A DNA stretch of 64,000 bases, taken from assembly GCA_963663225.1 (NCBI GenBank), contig OY760142.1, positions 2,528,001-2,592,000 of the forward strand, given 5' to 3'. The DNA comes from Nitrospirota bacterium. Its GTDB lineage: Bacteria > Nitrospirota > UBA9217. The position numbers were made by a program, and so were the translations under genes. Positions 48,949 to 58,105 of the stretch are shown piece after piece. Within the stretch, counting starts at the first letter, position 1. Each line of letters begins with the position of its first letter. Under the pieces are notes generated by a model. That model worked only from the letters and a program-made list of their open reading frames with translations. It made no database searches and was not told where the DNA came from.

Positions 48949-49734
48949 TTATATCAGCGATTGTTCTTTTAATTTAGTTGCGACCTGTTCGACCTGCTGT
49001 TCAATGGTGCCGCTCAGAACCTCCCGTTGGCCACGAGGGGTAGGAGGGAAGATTTTTACGACTTTCGTCGGAGAACCTTTAAGTCCGCACAGATTTTCAT
49101 CAGCACTAATATCCTTAGCCGTCCAGACGGTAACCTTGAAATTTTTTGCTTTCATTTTACCTTTTAGCGACGGCAGGCGGGGTTCGTTGATTTCTTTGAC
49201 GACGCTGATTACGGCCGGGAGCGATGTCTCCACGACATCGTAGCCTTCATCCATCATGCGCTCGGCCAGCATTTTGCCGTTTTCGATCGACTCAATCTTC
49301 TTGATGAAGGCGACAAAGGGAACGCCGAGGACATCAGCAGTTTCAGGCCCCACCTGTGCGGTATCTCCGTCGATGGCTTGTTTGCCGGATATGACCAGGT
49401 CAAAGGCACCGATTTTTTTAATGCCTTTCGACAGCGTATACGAGGTCGCCCAGGTGTCTGAACCAGCAAAGGCCCTGTCTGAAAGGAGCACTGCGTCATC
49501 AACGCCGAGAGAAACGGCTTCTTTCAGCGCTTCGGCAGCCTGGGGCGGCCCCATGGAAAGGACAATTACTTTTCCGCCATGTTTTTCGCGCAGTCGAAGA
49601 GCCTCTTCAATGGCATACATATCATAGGGGTTGATGATGCTCGGCACACCGTCCCGAATAAGAGTATTCGTTTCGCGATTGATTTTTACTTCTGACGTAT
49701 CGGGGACTTGTTTGATTAATACGATTATATTCAT
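48949..49734 (-). CDS. etfB: Electron transfer flavoprotein beta (group-2/bifurcating-type motifs)
   Basis: KQVPDT, INPYD, DRAFAGSDTWATS, GKQAIDGDTAQVGP, GLKGSPT. Confidence 0.94.
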   Translation of the reverse strand: MNIIVLIKQVPDTSEVKINRETNTLIRDGVPSIINPYDMYAIEEALRLREKHGGKVIVLSMGPPQAAEALKEAVSLGVDDAVLLSDRAFAGSDTWATSYTLSKGIKKIGAFDLVISGKQAIDGDTAQVGPETADVLGVPFVAFIKKIESIENGKMLAERMMDEGYDVVETSLPAVISVVKEINEPRLPSLKGKMKAKNFKVTVWTAKDISADENLCGLKGSPTKVVKIFPPTPRGQREVLSGTIEQQVEQVATKLKEQSLI

Positions 49735-49833
49735 TTACTTTCTCCGAACTTCAAAAAACATCTTTATATCTCAGCAGCAACCAGGATATCTGTTATTCAT
49801 AAAAAGTCATCGGATCAGCTGTTACTGCCGGAA

Positions 49834-50991
49834 TTATTTTTGCTTCATAGCCGCCTTGATCATATCCAATGCAATGACATTTCTTTGGATCTGATTGGTG
49901 CCTTCATAAATTTGAAGGATTTTTGCATCCCGCATCATTTTTTCGACCGGATATTCTTTCATATACCCCGAACCGCCCATGACCTGTACAGCATCGGTGG
50001 TCACCCGCATGGCAGTGTCCGTTGCGAAAAGTTTTGCCATTGCTGATGCGCGAGAGATATCTTTTGCGCCGCTGTCTATGAAGCGTGCCACGGAATATAT
50101 AAGTGCACGAGCAGCTTCAGTCTGTGTTTGCATATCTGCAAGCATATGCTGGACGGCCTGGAAAGAAGCAACCGGTTGTCCGAACTGTACCCGTTGTTTC
50201 GCAAACTTGAGGGCTTCATTGATGGCGCCTTGTGCCACACCCACTCCCTGGGCGCCCACACCGGTCCTGGAACTGTCAAGCGTTTTCATGGTAACGATGA
50301 AACCCATTCCTTCCTTTGCGATCAGGTTTTCCTTCGGGATGCGGCAGTTGTTGAAAATCAGCTCAGTGGTGGATGAAGCGCGGATGCCCATCTTGTTTTC
50401 TTTTTTTCCAAAAGAAAATCCCGGTGTGCCTTTTTCCACGATGAACGCCGCCGCGCCGCGGTGCCCTTTTGACCGATCGGTAATGGCAATAACCGAGTAG
50501 ATTTCTGCTTCCCCGCCGTTTGTGATCCATTGCTTTGTGCCGTTCAGGACATATTCATTGCCATCAAGTTTTGCGGTTGTCTGTATGCCGCCGGCATCGC
50601 TTCCTGCATTGGCTTCAGTCAGTCCGAATCCAACGAGCCGTTTCCCTGCCGCGATGTCAGGAAGATACTTCTTTTTCTGGGCATCAGAACCGAACAGAAG
50701 AATAGGGTAGGTGCCCAGTGCATTGGCGGCATAACTTGTCGCAACCCCAACGCATGCTTTTGACAATTCTTCAACTGCGATGCAGAGCTCGAGGGTGTTT
50801 TTTCCGAGACCGCCATATTCCTCCGGAATAAACAAACCAAAAAGATCCGACTGCGCAAGTGCTTTCATGATGTCCCAAGGGAACTTGTTTTGCTCATCCA
50901 ATTCCGCGCGAACAGGCACAATTTTTTCTTCAGCGATCTGGCGTGCAAGGTCGCGAATCATTATCTGTTCTTCTGTCAGCAAGTAGTCCAT
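49834..50991 (-). CDS. Acyl-CoA dehydrogenase family protein (Bcd/CarC-like)
   Basis: PEEYGG, GLTEANAGSD, NGTKQWITNG, KMGIRAS, R.QFG, IYEGTNQIQR (catalytic Glu); GGAGG RBS before ATG 50991. Confidence 0.93.
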   Translation of the reverse strand: MDYLLTEEQIMIRDLARQIAEEKIVPVRAELDEQNKFPWDIMKALAQSDLFGLFIPEEYGGLGKNTLELCIAVEELSKACVGVATSYAANALGTYPILLFGSDAQKKKYLPDIAAGKRLVGFGLTEANAGSDAGGIQTTAKLDGNEYVLNGTKQWITNGGEAEIYSVIAITDRSKGHRGAAAFIVEKGTPGFSFGKKENKMGIRASSTTELIFNNCRIPKENLIAKEGMGFIVTMKTLDSSRTGVGAQGVGVAQGAINEALKFAKQRVQFGQPVASFQAVQHMLADMQTQTEAARALIYSVARFIDSGAKDISRASAMAKLFATDTAMRVTTDAVQVMGGSGYMKEYPVEKMMRDAKILQIYEGTNQIQRNVIALDMIKAAMKQK

Positions 50992-51056
50992 GTGGCGTCC
51001 TCCAGTAAGTTTCAAATTAAGAAAAAAGGCGGGAAATTAGTGTTGGTATGGCGATA

Positions 51057-52037
51057 TCACCATCGTATCAAGGCCGATCCCCACGTAAGCCCTCCACCAA
51101 ACGCTTCAAGCAAGACAAGATGATTGTCTTTTATTCTGCCGTCTCTGACCGCTTCATCAAGCGCCATGGGAATTGAAGCAGCAGACGTATTGCCGTATTT
51201 CGGGAGGGTGAGTACTACTTTTTCCATAGGCATCTTAAGTCGTTGGGCCATTGCCTGGATAATCCTCAGATTTGCCTGATGGGGGACAAGGAAATCAATA
51301 TCCTCATGTTTTAATTTATTATGCTCCAATGTTTCTTGCGCGACTTCTCCGAGTGCCCGGACCGCGGCCTTGAAGGTCTCATTTCCCTTCATTTTAATGA
51401 AGTGCAAACGCTTGTCTACGGTATCGTGAGATGCCGGATGAAGGGTCCCGCCGCCGGGGATGGAAAGCAAATGACCGAGAGCACCGTCCGAATGTAAATG
51501 GGTAGAGAGTACGCCATGCTTTCCAGCGAATCGCTGCAACACAACAGCACCCGCGCCGTCTCCAAAAAGCACGCAGGTAGTCCGGTCTTCCCAATCGGTG
51601 ATCCGGGACAGTATCTCAGAGCCGACCAAAAGAATATTTTTGCATGCTTCTGATTTGATATGTGCGCTTGCTATCGATAGGCCGTAAATGAAACCTGAAC
51701 AGGCGGCATAAATATCAAAGGCGGCAGCTTTTTTCGCACCGAGTTTATGCTGAAGCAGACATCCGCAGCTCGGCATGGCCATGTCCGGCGAGGTTGTCGC
51801 AATGATGATCATGTCCAGTTCCTGCGGAGATAATTTCGCCATTTTGAGTGCTTTCAGGGAGGCCTCGTAGGCGAGATCAGATGTGTTTTCGCTTTTATCC
51901 GCGATATGGCGCTGCTTGATGCCGGTGCGTTCAGTTATCCAGTCATCTGAAGTATCCAGCATCTTTTCCAGGTCATAGTTGGTGACGACCTTCCTGGGTG
52001 CATAGGATCCAATTCCGGTTATGCGTGCTTTTATCAT
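51057..52037 (-). CDS. fabH: 3-oxoacyl-ACP synthase III
   Basis: AACSGF, FGDGAGA, PHQAN, GNTSAAS, FGGGLTWG. Confidence 0.97.
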   Translation of the reverse strand: MIKARITGIGSYAPRKVVTNYDLEKMLDTSDDWITERTGIKQRHIADKSENTSDLAYEASLKALKMAKLSPQELDMIIIATTSPDMAMPSCGCLLQHKLGAKKAAAFDIYAACSGFIYGLSIASAHIKSEACKNILLVGSEILSRITDWEDRTTCVLFGDGAGAVVLQRFAGKHGVLSTHLHSDGALGHLLSIPGGGTLHPASHDTVDKRLHFIKMKGNETFKAAVRALGEVAQETLEHNKLKHEDIDFLVPHQANLRIIQAMAQRLKMPMEKVVLTLPKYGNTSAASIPMALDEAVRDGRIKDNHLVLLEAFGGGLTWGSALIRW

Positions 52038-53047
52038 TTTGGTTTCACCAAGCTCATGTTTTTTTCAATGTCTGCCTTGATATGCTTGTTTATTTCGCTG
52101 TTGGCAAAGTCGGTAGCGACACGGATGGCGTTCTTAATGGCCCGGTCTGAAGAACGTCCGTGGCTGATGATGCTGATGCCGTTGATGCCCAGAAGCGGCG
52201 CTCCGCCGTATTCTGCGTAATCGAGGCGGCGTTTGAGGATGTTGAAAGCCGGTTTCATCATCAAATAGCCGAGTTTCCGGACCAGGTTGTTTCCGATATT
52301 TTCCCTGATGATTGATGTGATGGTTTCCGCCACCGCTTCTGATACCTTGAGAACAACATTGCCGATGAAACCGTCGCAGACGACCACGTCCGCTTTGCCG
52401 GTCAAGACATCACGCCCTTCTACGTTCCCGATGAAGTTGAGAGATGTCTCTGTCAGAAGTTTGAAAGCTTCTTTTGTCAGTTCGTTGCCTTTGGTTTCTT
52501 CTTCGCCGATCGAAAGGATCCCGACCCGGGGGTTCAGATTCTTTAATGAGTATTTGGCAAAAACTTCCCCCATGACGGCAAATTGAAGCAGATGGTTCGG
52601 TTTGCAGTCAACGTTAGCACCCACGTCCAGCACGATGGATGTGCCCTTGATGGTCGGCATGTAGGTGGCGATTGCCGGCCGCTCAACTCCTTCCAGGGGA
52701 CCAAGCACAAAGAGTGAGGTGGCCATCGCCGCACCGGTATGTCCCGCGCTGATGACTGCCACCGCCTCTCCACTTTTAACAAGCTGATTTGCCACGCGGA
52801 TGGAAGAGTCTTTTTTCCTGCGAAAAACCGTTGACGGAGAATCAAGCATGTCCACAACTTCCGTGGCATTCCGTATCTCAATGGGCAGCGATTGCGCATC
52901 AGGATATTTTTTGAGCTCTGCACAGATTAGTTGTTCAATGCCCACCAGAATGATGCCGACGCCGAATGCTCGCGCTGCCTGCACTGCACCTGCGACGATG
53001 GCGTGAGGTGCATTATCTCCTCCCATGGCATCAACAGCGATTTTCAT
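52034..53047 (-). CDS. plsX: Phosphate acyltransferase PlsX
   Basis: AVDAMGGD, DVGAN, GNVEGRD, CDGFIGN, HGRS. Confidence 0.97.
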   Translation of the reverse strand: MKIAVDAMGGDNAPHAIVAGAVQAARAFGVGIILVGIEQLICAELKKYPDAQSLPIEIRNATEVVDMLDSPSTVFRRKKDSSIRVANQLVKSGEAVAVISAGHTGAAMATSLFVLGPLEGVERPAIATYMPTIKGTSIVLDVGANVDCKPNHLLQFAVMGEVFAKYSLKNLNPRVGILSIGEEETKGNELTKEAFKLLTETSLNFIGNVEGRDVLTGKADVVVCDGFIGNVVLKVSEAVAETITSIIRENIGNNLVRKLGYLMMKPAFNILKRRLDYAEYGGAPLLGINGISIISHGRSSDRAIKNAIRVATDFANSEINKHIKADIEKNMSLVKPK

Positions 53048-53062
53048 ACAGGCCCTTTCAAT

Positions 53063-53110
53063 ATAAAAGGCAAAGAACCATACTGCGGAAAAGGATGGTC
53101 ACTTTGCCTT
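53063..53110 (-). terminator. Hairpin after rpmF (partial terminator or processing site)
   Basis: AAGGCAAAG/CTTTGCCTT outer stem, ACCAT/ATGGT inner stem, then T-rich on the minus strand. Confidence 0.55.
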
Positions 53111-53127
53111 GTGAATGTGCAGACTAT

Positions 53128-53310
53128 TTATATCTGTTGAATTGTAATGACTTCTCGACCGTTGTACGTGCCGCATGAAACACATGCGTGGTGAGGCTTC
53201 TTCACTTCTTGGCATTGTGGGCAGATTGAAAGACCCGGCGCCTTGAGATATTTATGGGTCCGCCGTTTATCTCTGCGGGATTTGGATGTTCTGTGTTTTG
53301 GATTGGCCAT
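53128..53310 (-). CDS. rpmF: 50S ribosomal protein L32 (zinc-ribbon type)
   Basis: [28 protein letters not shown]. Confidence 0.97.
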   Translation of the reverse strand: MANPKHRTSKSRRDKRRTHKYLKAPGLSICPQCQEVKKPHHACVSCGTYNGREVITIQQI

Positions 53311-53329
53311 GAGTAGTACGATGCTCCTT

Positions 53330-53845
53330 CTATTTTTTTAGTAAATCTTTTAAAACGGAAAACGCGCCAGACGTTTCCGGTGAATCATTGCTGCATTTGC
53401 AGCCTTTTTCATTACGGTCCGCCCCGCACCGGCTACAGAGTCCTTTGCACTCCGGATGATGAAGCGGTACCATCGGCAGGGCGATAAGCAATTGCTCCCG
53501 CAGGAATTCAACAGGCTCTATTTCATTGCCCTCATAAAATTCCATGTCAAGCTCTCCCTTTCCGAGCTCATGTTCATGAACGGTTCCGAGAGAGTTTGCT
53601 GGTGCAATCTCAAAGTTTACATCGGCATCGATAGAGTATGTAAAACTTTTTAAACAACGGCTGCATTGAAGCAACGGTGCCGCCGTTACATGTCCGGTCA
53701 CCCTGAAAATTCCGGTCCCACCGGACTTAAACACGAGAACCGCTGTAACGGCTACAGATGCTGTTCCCGTGTCAAAAAGATCAATTTTTTGATCAAAGCT
53801 CAGTGTAAGCCCTTCGGGCGGTATATCGCTGATTTTGATGGCCAT
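53330..53845 (-). CDS. YceD/DUF177 family protein
   Basis: [24 protein letters not shown]; canonical position before rpmF. Confidence 0.92.
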   Translation of the reverse strand: MAIKISDIPPEGLTLSFDQKIDLFDTGTASVAVTAVLVFKSGGTGIFRVTGHVTAAPLLQCSRCLKSFTYSIDADVNFEIAPANSLGTVHEHELGKGELDMEFYEGNEIEPVEFLREQLLIALPMVPLHHPECKGLCSRCGADRNEKGCKCSNDSPETSGAFSVLKDLLKK

Positions 53846-53877
53846 TTCATTCAGCCCCTAAGGCTACAGAGTTTTGA

Positions 53878-53906
53878 ATTATATAGAGGAGCACCGATTT
53901 TGTCAA
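53878..53906 (-). promoter_or_regulatory. Perfect-consensus sigma70 promoter heading the yceD-rpmF-plsX-fab operon
   Basis: Minus strand TTGACA-17 nt-TATAAT. Confidence 0.85.
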
Positions 53907-54314
53907 GATAAATATACTTTTTTACCGCAAACCACAAAAAACGTTGCTCACGATGTATTGAAGAAAAATGAAGTGAACCTTATCGATATTTTTGTTTCAC
54001 AGCAGTTTAGGACCGGCATTTTTGCTTGGAAACTCACGGATTATGATCGTTAAGATTGTAACTTGTTTGATTATGACTATAAGAAAATATAGTGGGAAAT
54101 GGTCAGTCGTACAATGCTTAAACTAAACGCATTTGATGATATTTAAACATGACTCAATCTTAAATATGTATTGTATTTCATATGTTTACGGTAAAATATA
54201 CGAAAAAAATTAAATACTACGGTGTGAGTATGAATAATATATTCATATTTTTATGTTGACTTCTAATATTTGATAAGTTATTTTTACGGAATCTAGATGA
54301 GGGAATTACTTGCT

Positions 54315-54944
54315 ATGAACCTAAAAGTATTGTTCGTTTTTGTTCTTCTTGTCGTTTTTAGTATTTCTTTGCCTCCAAATGGATTGGCGGCAATCTATAA
54401 ATATACTGATAAGGATGACTTGATCCATTTTGTTGATGATTTGCAGTCTGTTCCAGAGCAATATAGGTCTTCGGCAAAAATAGTCAATGGAGAGGATAAA
54501 GAAGAAATCAAGAAGCCGTCAAGCCAACCACCTGCTCAGACAGAGACAAAAAAGGCAGAAATATCGACCAGCAACATTGCAGAAAAAGTAGAAGCGGCTC
54601 CTTTTGGCAAGCGGGCAATAATCTCTGCCATTATTATCGTAAGCGCACTCTTTGCATTTGTAATTCTGAAGAGGCTCGACATGGACAACAAAAAAGTAAT
54701 TTCTATTACCAGAATCGTTATTCTTTGGGGAATATCGATTTTTTTGCTGTATGCCCATGCAGGGGACGTTGTCTCAGTCTTCAGCTCAATAGGAAATAAA
54801 ATAGAAAATACGCAACAGAAAGCTGAAGAAAAAGGGAAAAAGGCTGCCAAAGCAATTAAAGCAATGGACGTTTTAATAGAACGAGCAGAAAACCACTCAG
54901 CTAATGACATGCAATCGACGGAATCGGAGAATAGCAAACAATAA
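54315..54944 (+). CDS. DUF4124-like exported/membrane protein
   Basis: Signal peptide, IYKYTDKDDLIHFVD..SVPEQY, two further TM helices and a coiled-coil tail; start 54315 after GAGGG (54297 possible). Confidence 0.7.
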   Translation: MNLKVLFVFVLLVVFSISLPPNGLAAIYKYTDKDDLIHFVDDLQSVPEQYRSSAKIVNGEDKEEIKKPSSQPPAQTETKKAEISTSNIAEKVEAAPFGKRAIISAIIIVSALFAFVILKRLDMDNKKVISITRIVILWGISIFLLYAHAGDVVSVFSSIGNKIENTQQKAEEKGKKAAKAIKAMDVLIERAENHSANDMQSTESENSKQ

Positions 54945-54946
54945 TT

Positions 54947-56332
54947 TCAGCTGTGTTTGGTAATTTGAGTAATTGAAGAATATACGACGTCTATCAAGGA
55001 GCCGAGTTCTTTCAGCGTTATTGAGAGCGGTGGCATAAGCACGATAACGTTTCCCAGGGGCCTTATGATAAGGCCTTTCTTGCGGCATTCAAGGCAAACG
55101 CGAATGCCAATTTTTTCTTCCAGAGGGTAAGGTTTTTTCGTTTTTTTGTTCTGAACAAGCTCAATCCCGACCATGAACCCTTTCTGCCGGACCTCGCCTA
55201 CATGACTCAGCTTTTCAAACTGCTTTAACTTCTCGGTCAAATAGACGATTTTCTTTTGCAGCTTCTTGAGCGTATTGTCTTTTCGGAAAAGGTCGATGCT
55301 GGCTATTGCAGCAGCGCACGCGATTGGATTTCCGGTATAGGTATGGCCGTGAAAGAATGTCTTAAGTTCGCGGTAATCTCCGAGAAATTTGTTGTATATT
55401 TCTTCTGTTGTAAGTGTTGCCGCAAGCGGAAGATATCCACCGGTGATGCCTTTGGCTACGCACATAATGTCAGGTACGACCTTCTCGTGGTCACAGGCAA
55501 ACATGGTGCCGGTCCTGCCGAAGCCGGTTGCAACTTCATCAGCAATCAGAAGTATGTTGTATCGTGAGCAGATTTTTTTTATCGCAGACAGGTATCCGGG
55601 CGGTTGCATCAGCATGCCTGCAGCGCCCTGCACCAGCGGTTCCAAAATGAGAGCGGCGGTTTCGCGGCTGTGGCGACGGATTACCGCTTCTGCCGCTGAA
55701 ACGCATTTCATGCCGCAAACAGGATATTTCCCGCCAAATGGACATCGGTAACAATACGGTGAATCGATTTTATATGATTCGAAAAGAAGCGGTTTGTATA
55801 TTTGGTGGAATAGGTCGATTCCTCCCACGCTTACGGATCCGAGTGTGTCCCCGTGATATGCTTCTTTGAGCGAAATAAATTTTGTTTTTGTTCGGAATTT
55901 TCGATCATGCTGCTGCCAGTACTGGAATGCGATTTTAAGTGCAATTTCCACGGAGGTTGAGCCGCTATCCGAGTAAAAGACCCTGGAAAGGCCCGATGGG
56001 GCGTTCGTTATGATTTTTTTGGCAAGGAGTGCCGCGGGGACGTTGGATAAGCCAAGCAATGTTGAGTGAGCGATTTTTCCAAGCTGTTTGGATATGGCTT
56101 GATCAATTTCATTTTTTCTGTGGCCATGGACGGTGACCCAAAGTGATGATACTCCGTCGATATATTTTTTGCCATTGATGTCGGTCAGCATGCTTCCTTT
56201 GCCGCTTTCGATGATAATTTGCGGTTCTTTCTGCCAATCCTGCATCTGCGTAAAAGGGTGCCAGACATATTTTTTGTCGCAGTATTCTATGTGGCGAAGG
56301 AACGATTGTTTTGAAGGCCGTTTTGCGGACAA
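54947..56332 (-). CDS. bioA: 7,8-diaminopelargonic acid aminotransferase
   Basis: WHPFTQM, DGVSSLW, YHGDT, DEVATGFGRTG, AKGITGG, HGHTY, IRPLG. Confidence 0.93.
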   Translation of the reverse strand: MSAKRPSKQSFLRHIEYCDKKYVWHPFTQMQDWQKEPQIIIESGKGSMLTDINGKKYIDGVSSLWVTVHGHRKNEIDQAISKQLGKIAHSTLLGLSNVPAALLAKKIITNAPSGLSRVFYSDSGSTSVEIALKIAFQYWQQHDRKFRTKTKFISLKEAYHGDTLGSVSVGGIDLFHQIYKPLLFESYKIDSPYCYRCPFGGKYPVCGMKCVSAAEAVIRRHSRETAALILEPLVQGAAGMLMQPPGYLSAIKKICSRYNILLIADEVATGFGRTGTMFACDHEKVVPDIMCVAKGITGGYLPLAATLTTEEIYNKFLGDYRELKTFFHGHTYTGNPIACAAAIASIDLFRKDNTLKKLQKKIVYLTEKLKQFEKLSHVGEVRQKGFMVGIELVQNKKTKKPYPLEEKIGIRVCLECRKKGLIIRPLGNVIVLMPPLSITLKELGSLIDVVYSSITQITKHS

Positions 56333-56380
56333 AATTCAAGCTCACTTTCTGGGGTATTTTCTCGTTTTTGGTAATTTTGT

Positions 56381-56408
56381 ATTATAGAATCCACGTTCAT
56401 TTTGTCAA
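56381..56408 (-). promoter_or_regulatory. sigma70 promoter of bioA
   Basis: Minus strand TTGACA-16 nt-TATAAT. Confidence 0.75.
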
Positions 56409-56419
56409 TAATAAAAAGC

Positions 56420-56449
56420 TTGAAAAGGCTCTCTTATTTCTGGTACAAT
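56420..56449 (+). promoter_or_regulatory. Putative promoter of degP (back-to-back with the bioA promoter)
   Basis: TTGAAA-18 nt-TACAAT with TGn extension. Confidence 0.5.
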
Positions 56450-56541
56450 AAAAAATTATAAAAAAATACCGGGGCTTAATTTACCGTTTATCATGCATCT
56501 GGTCATAGAGAACGATTTGCATCCGGAGGCTGTTTGTTTCC

Positions 56542-58044
56542 ATGCGCAATAAAAAGAAATTTTACATAGCGGTTGTCTTTGTTCTTCTCCTCGGGATCAT
56601 TATCGGACTTGTTTTATCATCCCGTATGGGCATCATGACCACGCTTCCTGCCAAAAGTCAGATATCATCTAAATCCGTAGAAATTCTGACCCAGCTGAGC
56701 GAGGCCCAATCCGAGGTTGCAGCAGTGGCTACTCCGTCAGTCGTAAACATATCCACGACACGGCTGGTAAAGTCGCGTGAAGAAGCCCCGTTCGATTTGT
56801 TTGACGATCCTTTTTTCCGAAGATTTTTCGGCGATCAGGCACCTCGTTCCAATGCACCCAAAGAGCATAAAGAACAAAGTCTGGGTTCGGGTGTCATTGT
56901 CTCAGAGGACGGCTACATAGTGACAAACAACCATGTTATTGCAAAAGCCCAGGAAATAAAGGTTCTTCTTTCAAATAAAAAAAGCTATAAGGCAACACTG
57001 ATTGGCGCTGATCCCAAAACGGATATTTCTGTCATAAAAATTGACGCGAAAGGGCTCTCTCCGCTGCCATGGGGTGATTCCAACAAACTCAAGGTAGGAG
57101 AGGTTGTATTTGCAATCGGGAACCCCTTTGGCTTAAACCAAACGGTAACCATGGGCATCATCAGCGCAGTGGGCCGAGCAAACGTGGGCATTGCCGACTA
57201 TGAAGACTTTATACAGACTGACGCTGCGATTAATCCCGGCAATTCCGGCGGCGCACTGGTAAACGTTCGTGGTGAGCTAATAGGAATCAACACCGCTATT
57301 TTGTCAAGAACAGGAGGATATCAAGGAATCGGCTTTGCTGTACCGAGCAGTATGGCACGCCAGGTAATGGACAGTCTGATACAATTTAAGAAAGTTGTTC
57401 GCGGCTGGCTGGGTGTAAGTATACAAGACGTAACATCGGATCTTGCGGATGAATTCGGCGTCAAAGACTTGAAAGGTGCTCTGGTAAGCAGTGTTATGAA
57501 GAAGAGCCCGGCAGATAAGGCCGGCATCAGGCAGGGGGATGTAATTCTGCAATATAACGGCAAAGTTGTTGAAGATACGGGACATTTACGAAATATGGTA
57601 TCGCAGACACCGCTGAATACGACGGTGAAAATGAAACTGTTGCGTTCAAAAAAAGAATTCGATGTTGATGTGCTCATTGCAGAACTGCCTAAAAAACTTG
57701 GCGATGCGGCATCCCGCGATGACGGAACAGGCAATTCGAATGATGAAACAGCGAACAGCATGTTCTCGGGGATTACCGTCCGCGAACTCACCTCGGAGCT
57801 TGCCCGCCGCTACGGAGTCTCTGGTAATGATAAAGGGGTCATCGTCGTAAAAATCGACCCTAGCAGCAGGATATTTGAGGCCGGGATAAAACAGGGTGAT
57901 ATAATACTCCAGATAAACCAGAAGAATATCGCAAGCCTGGAAGATTACAAAAAAGTAACAGCCACGATAACAAAAAAGGAAAGAGTTCTTTTTCTCGTTC
58001 GTCGAAACGGACAGGATCTGTTTATTCCCGTCAAACAGGAATAA
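56542..58044 (+). CDS. degP: DegP/DegQ (HtrA) serine endoprotease with two PDZ domains
   Basis: GSGVI, TNNHV, TDISVIKI, QTDAAINPGNSGG, two PDZ domains. Confidence 0.93.
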   Translation: MRNKKKFYIAVVFVLLLGIIIGLVLSSRMGIMTTLPAKSQISSKSVEILTQLSEAQSEVAAVATPSVVNISTTRLVKSREEAPFDLFDDPFFRRFFGDQAPRSNAPKEHKEQSLGSGVIVSEDGYIVTNNHVIAKAQEIKVLLSNKKSYKATLIGADPKTDISVIKIDAKGLSPLPWGDSNKLKVGEVVFAIGNPFGLNQTVTMGIISAVGRANVGIADYEDFIQTDAAINPGNSGGALVNVRGELIGINTAILSRTGGYQGIGFAVPSSMARQVMDSLIQFKKVVRGWLGVSIQDVTSDLADEFGVKDLKGALVSSVMKKSPADKAGIRQGDVILQYNGKVVEDTGHLRNMVSQTPLNTTVKMKLLRSKKEFDVDVLIAELPKKLGDAASRDDGTGNSNDETANSMFSGITVRELTSELARRYGVSGNDKGVIVVKIDPSSRIFEAGIKQGDIILQINQKNIASLEDYKKVTATITKKERVLFLVRRNGQDLFIPVKQE

Positions 58045-58105
58045 ATTTTCATCATTTTTTTTGATCGCAATTTGACTGCTTTTATAGTAAGGGAGGTGAG
58101 CAGGA

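Noticed and set aside
47695-50991. Butyrate fermentation or beta-oxidation operon
   Set aside because: No thiolase, crotonase, hydroxyacyl-CoA dehydrogenase, acyl-CoA ligase or ETF:QO nearby and the context is purely biosynthetic; a role with genes elsewhere in the genome cannot be excluded
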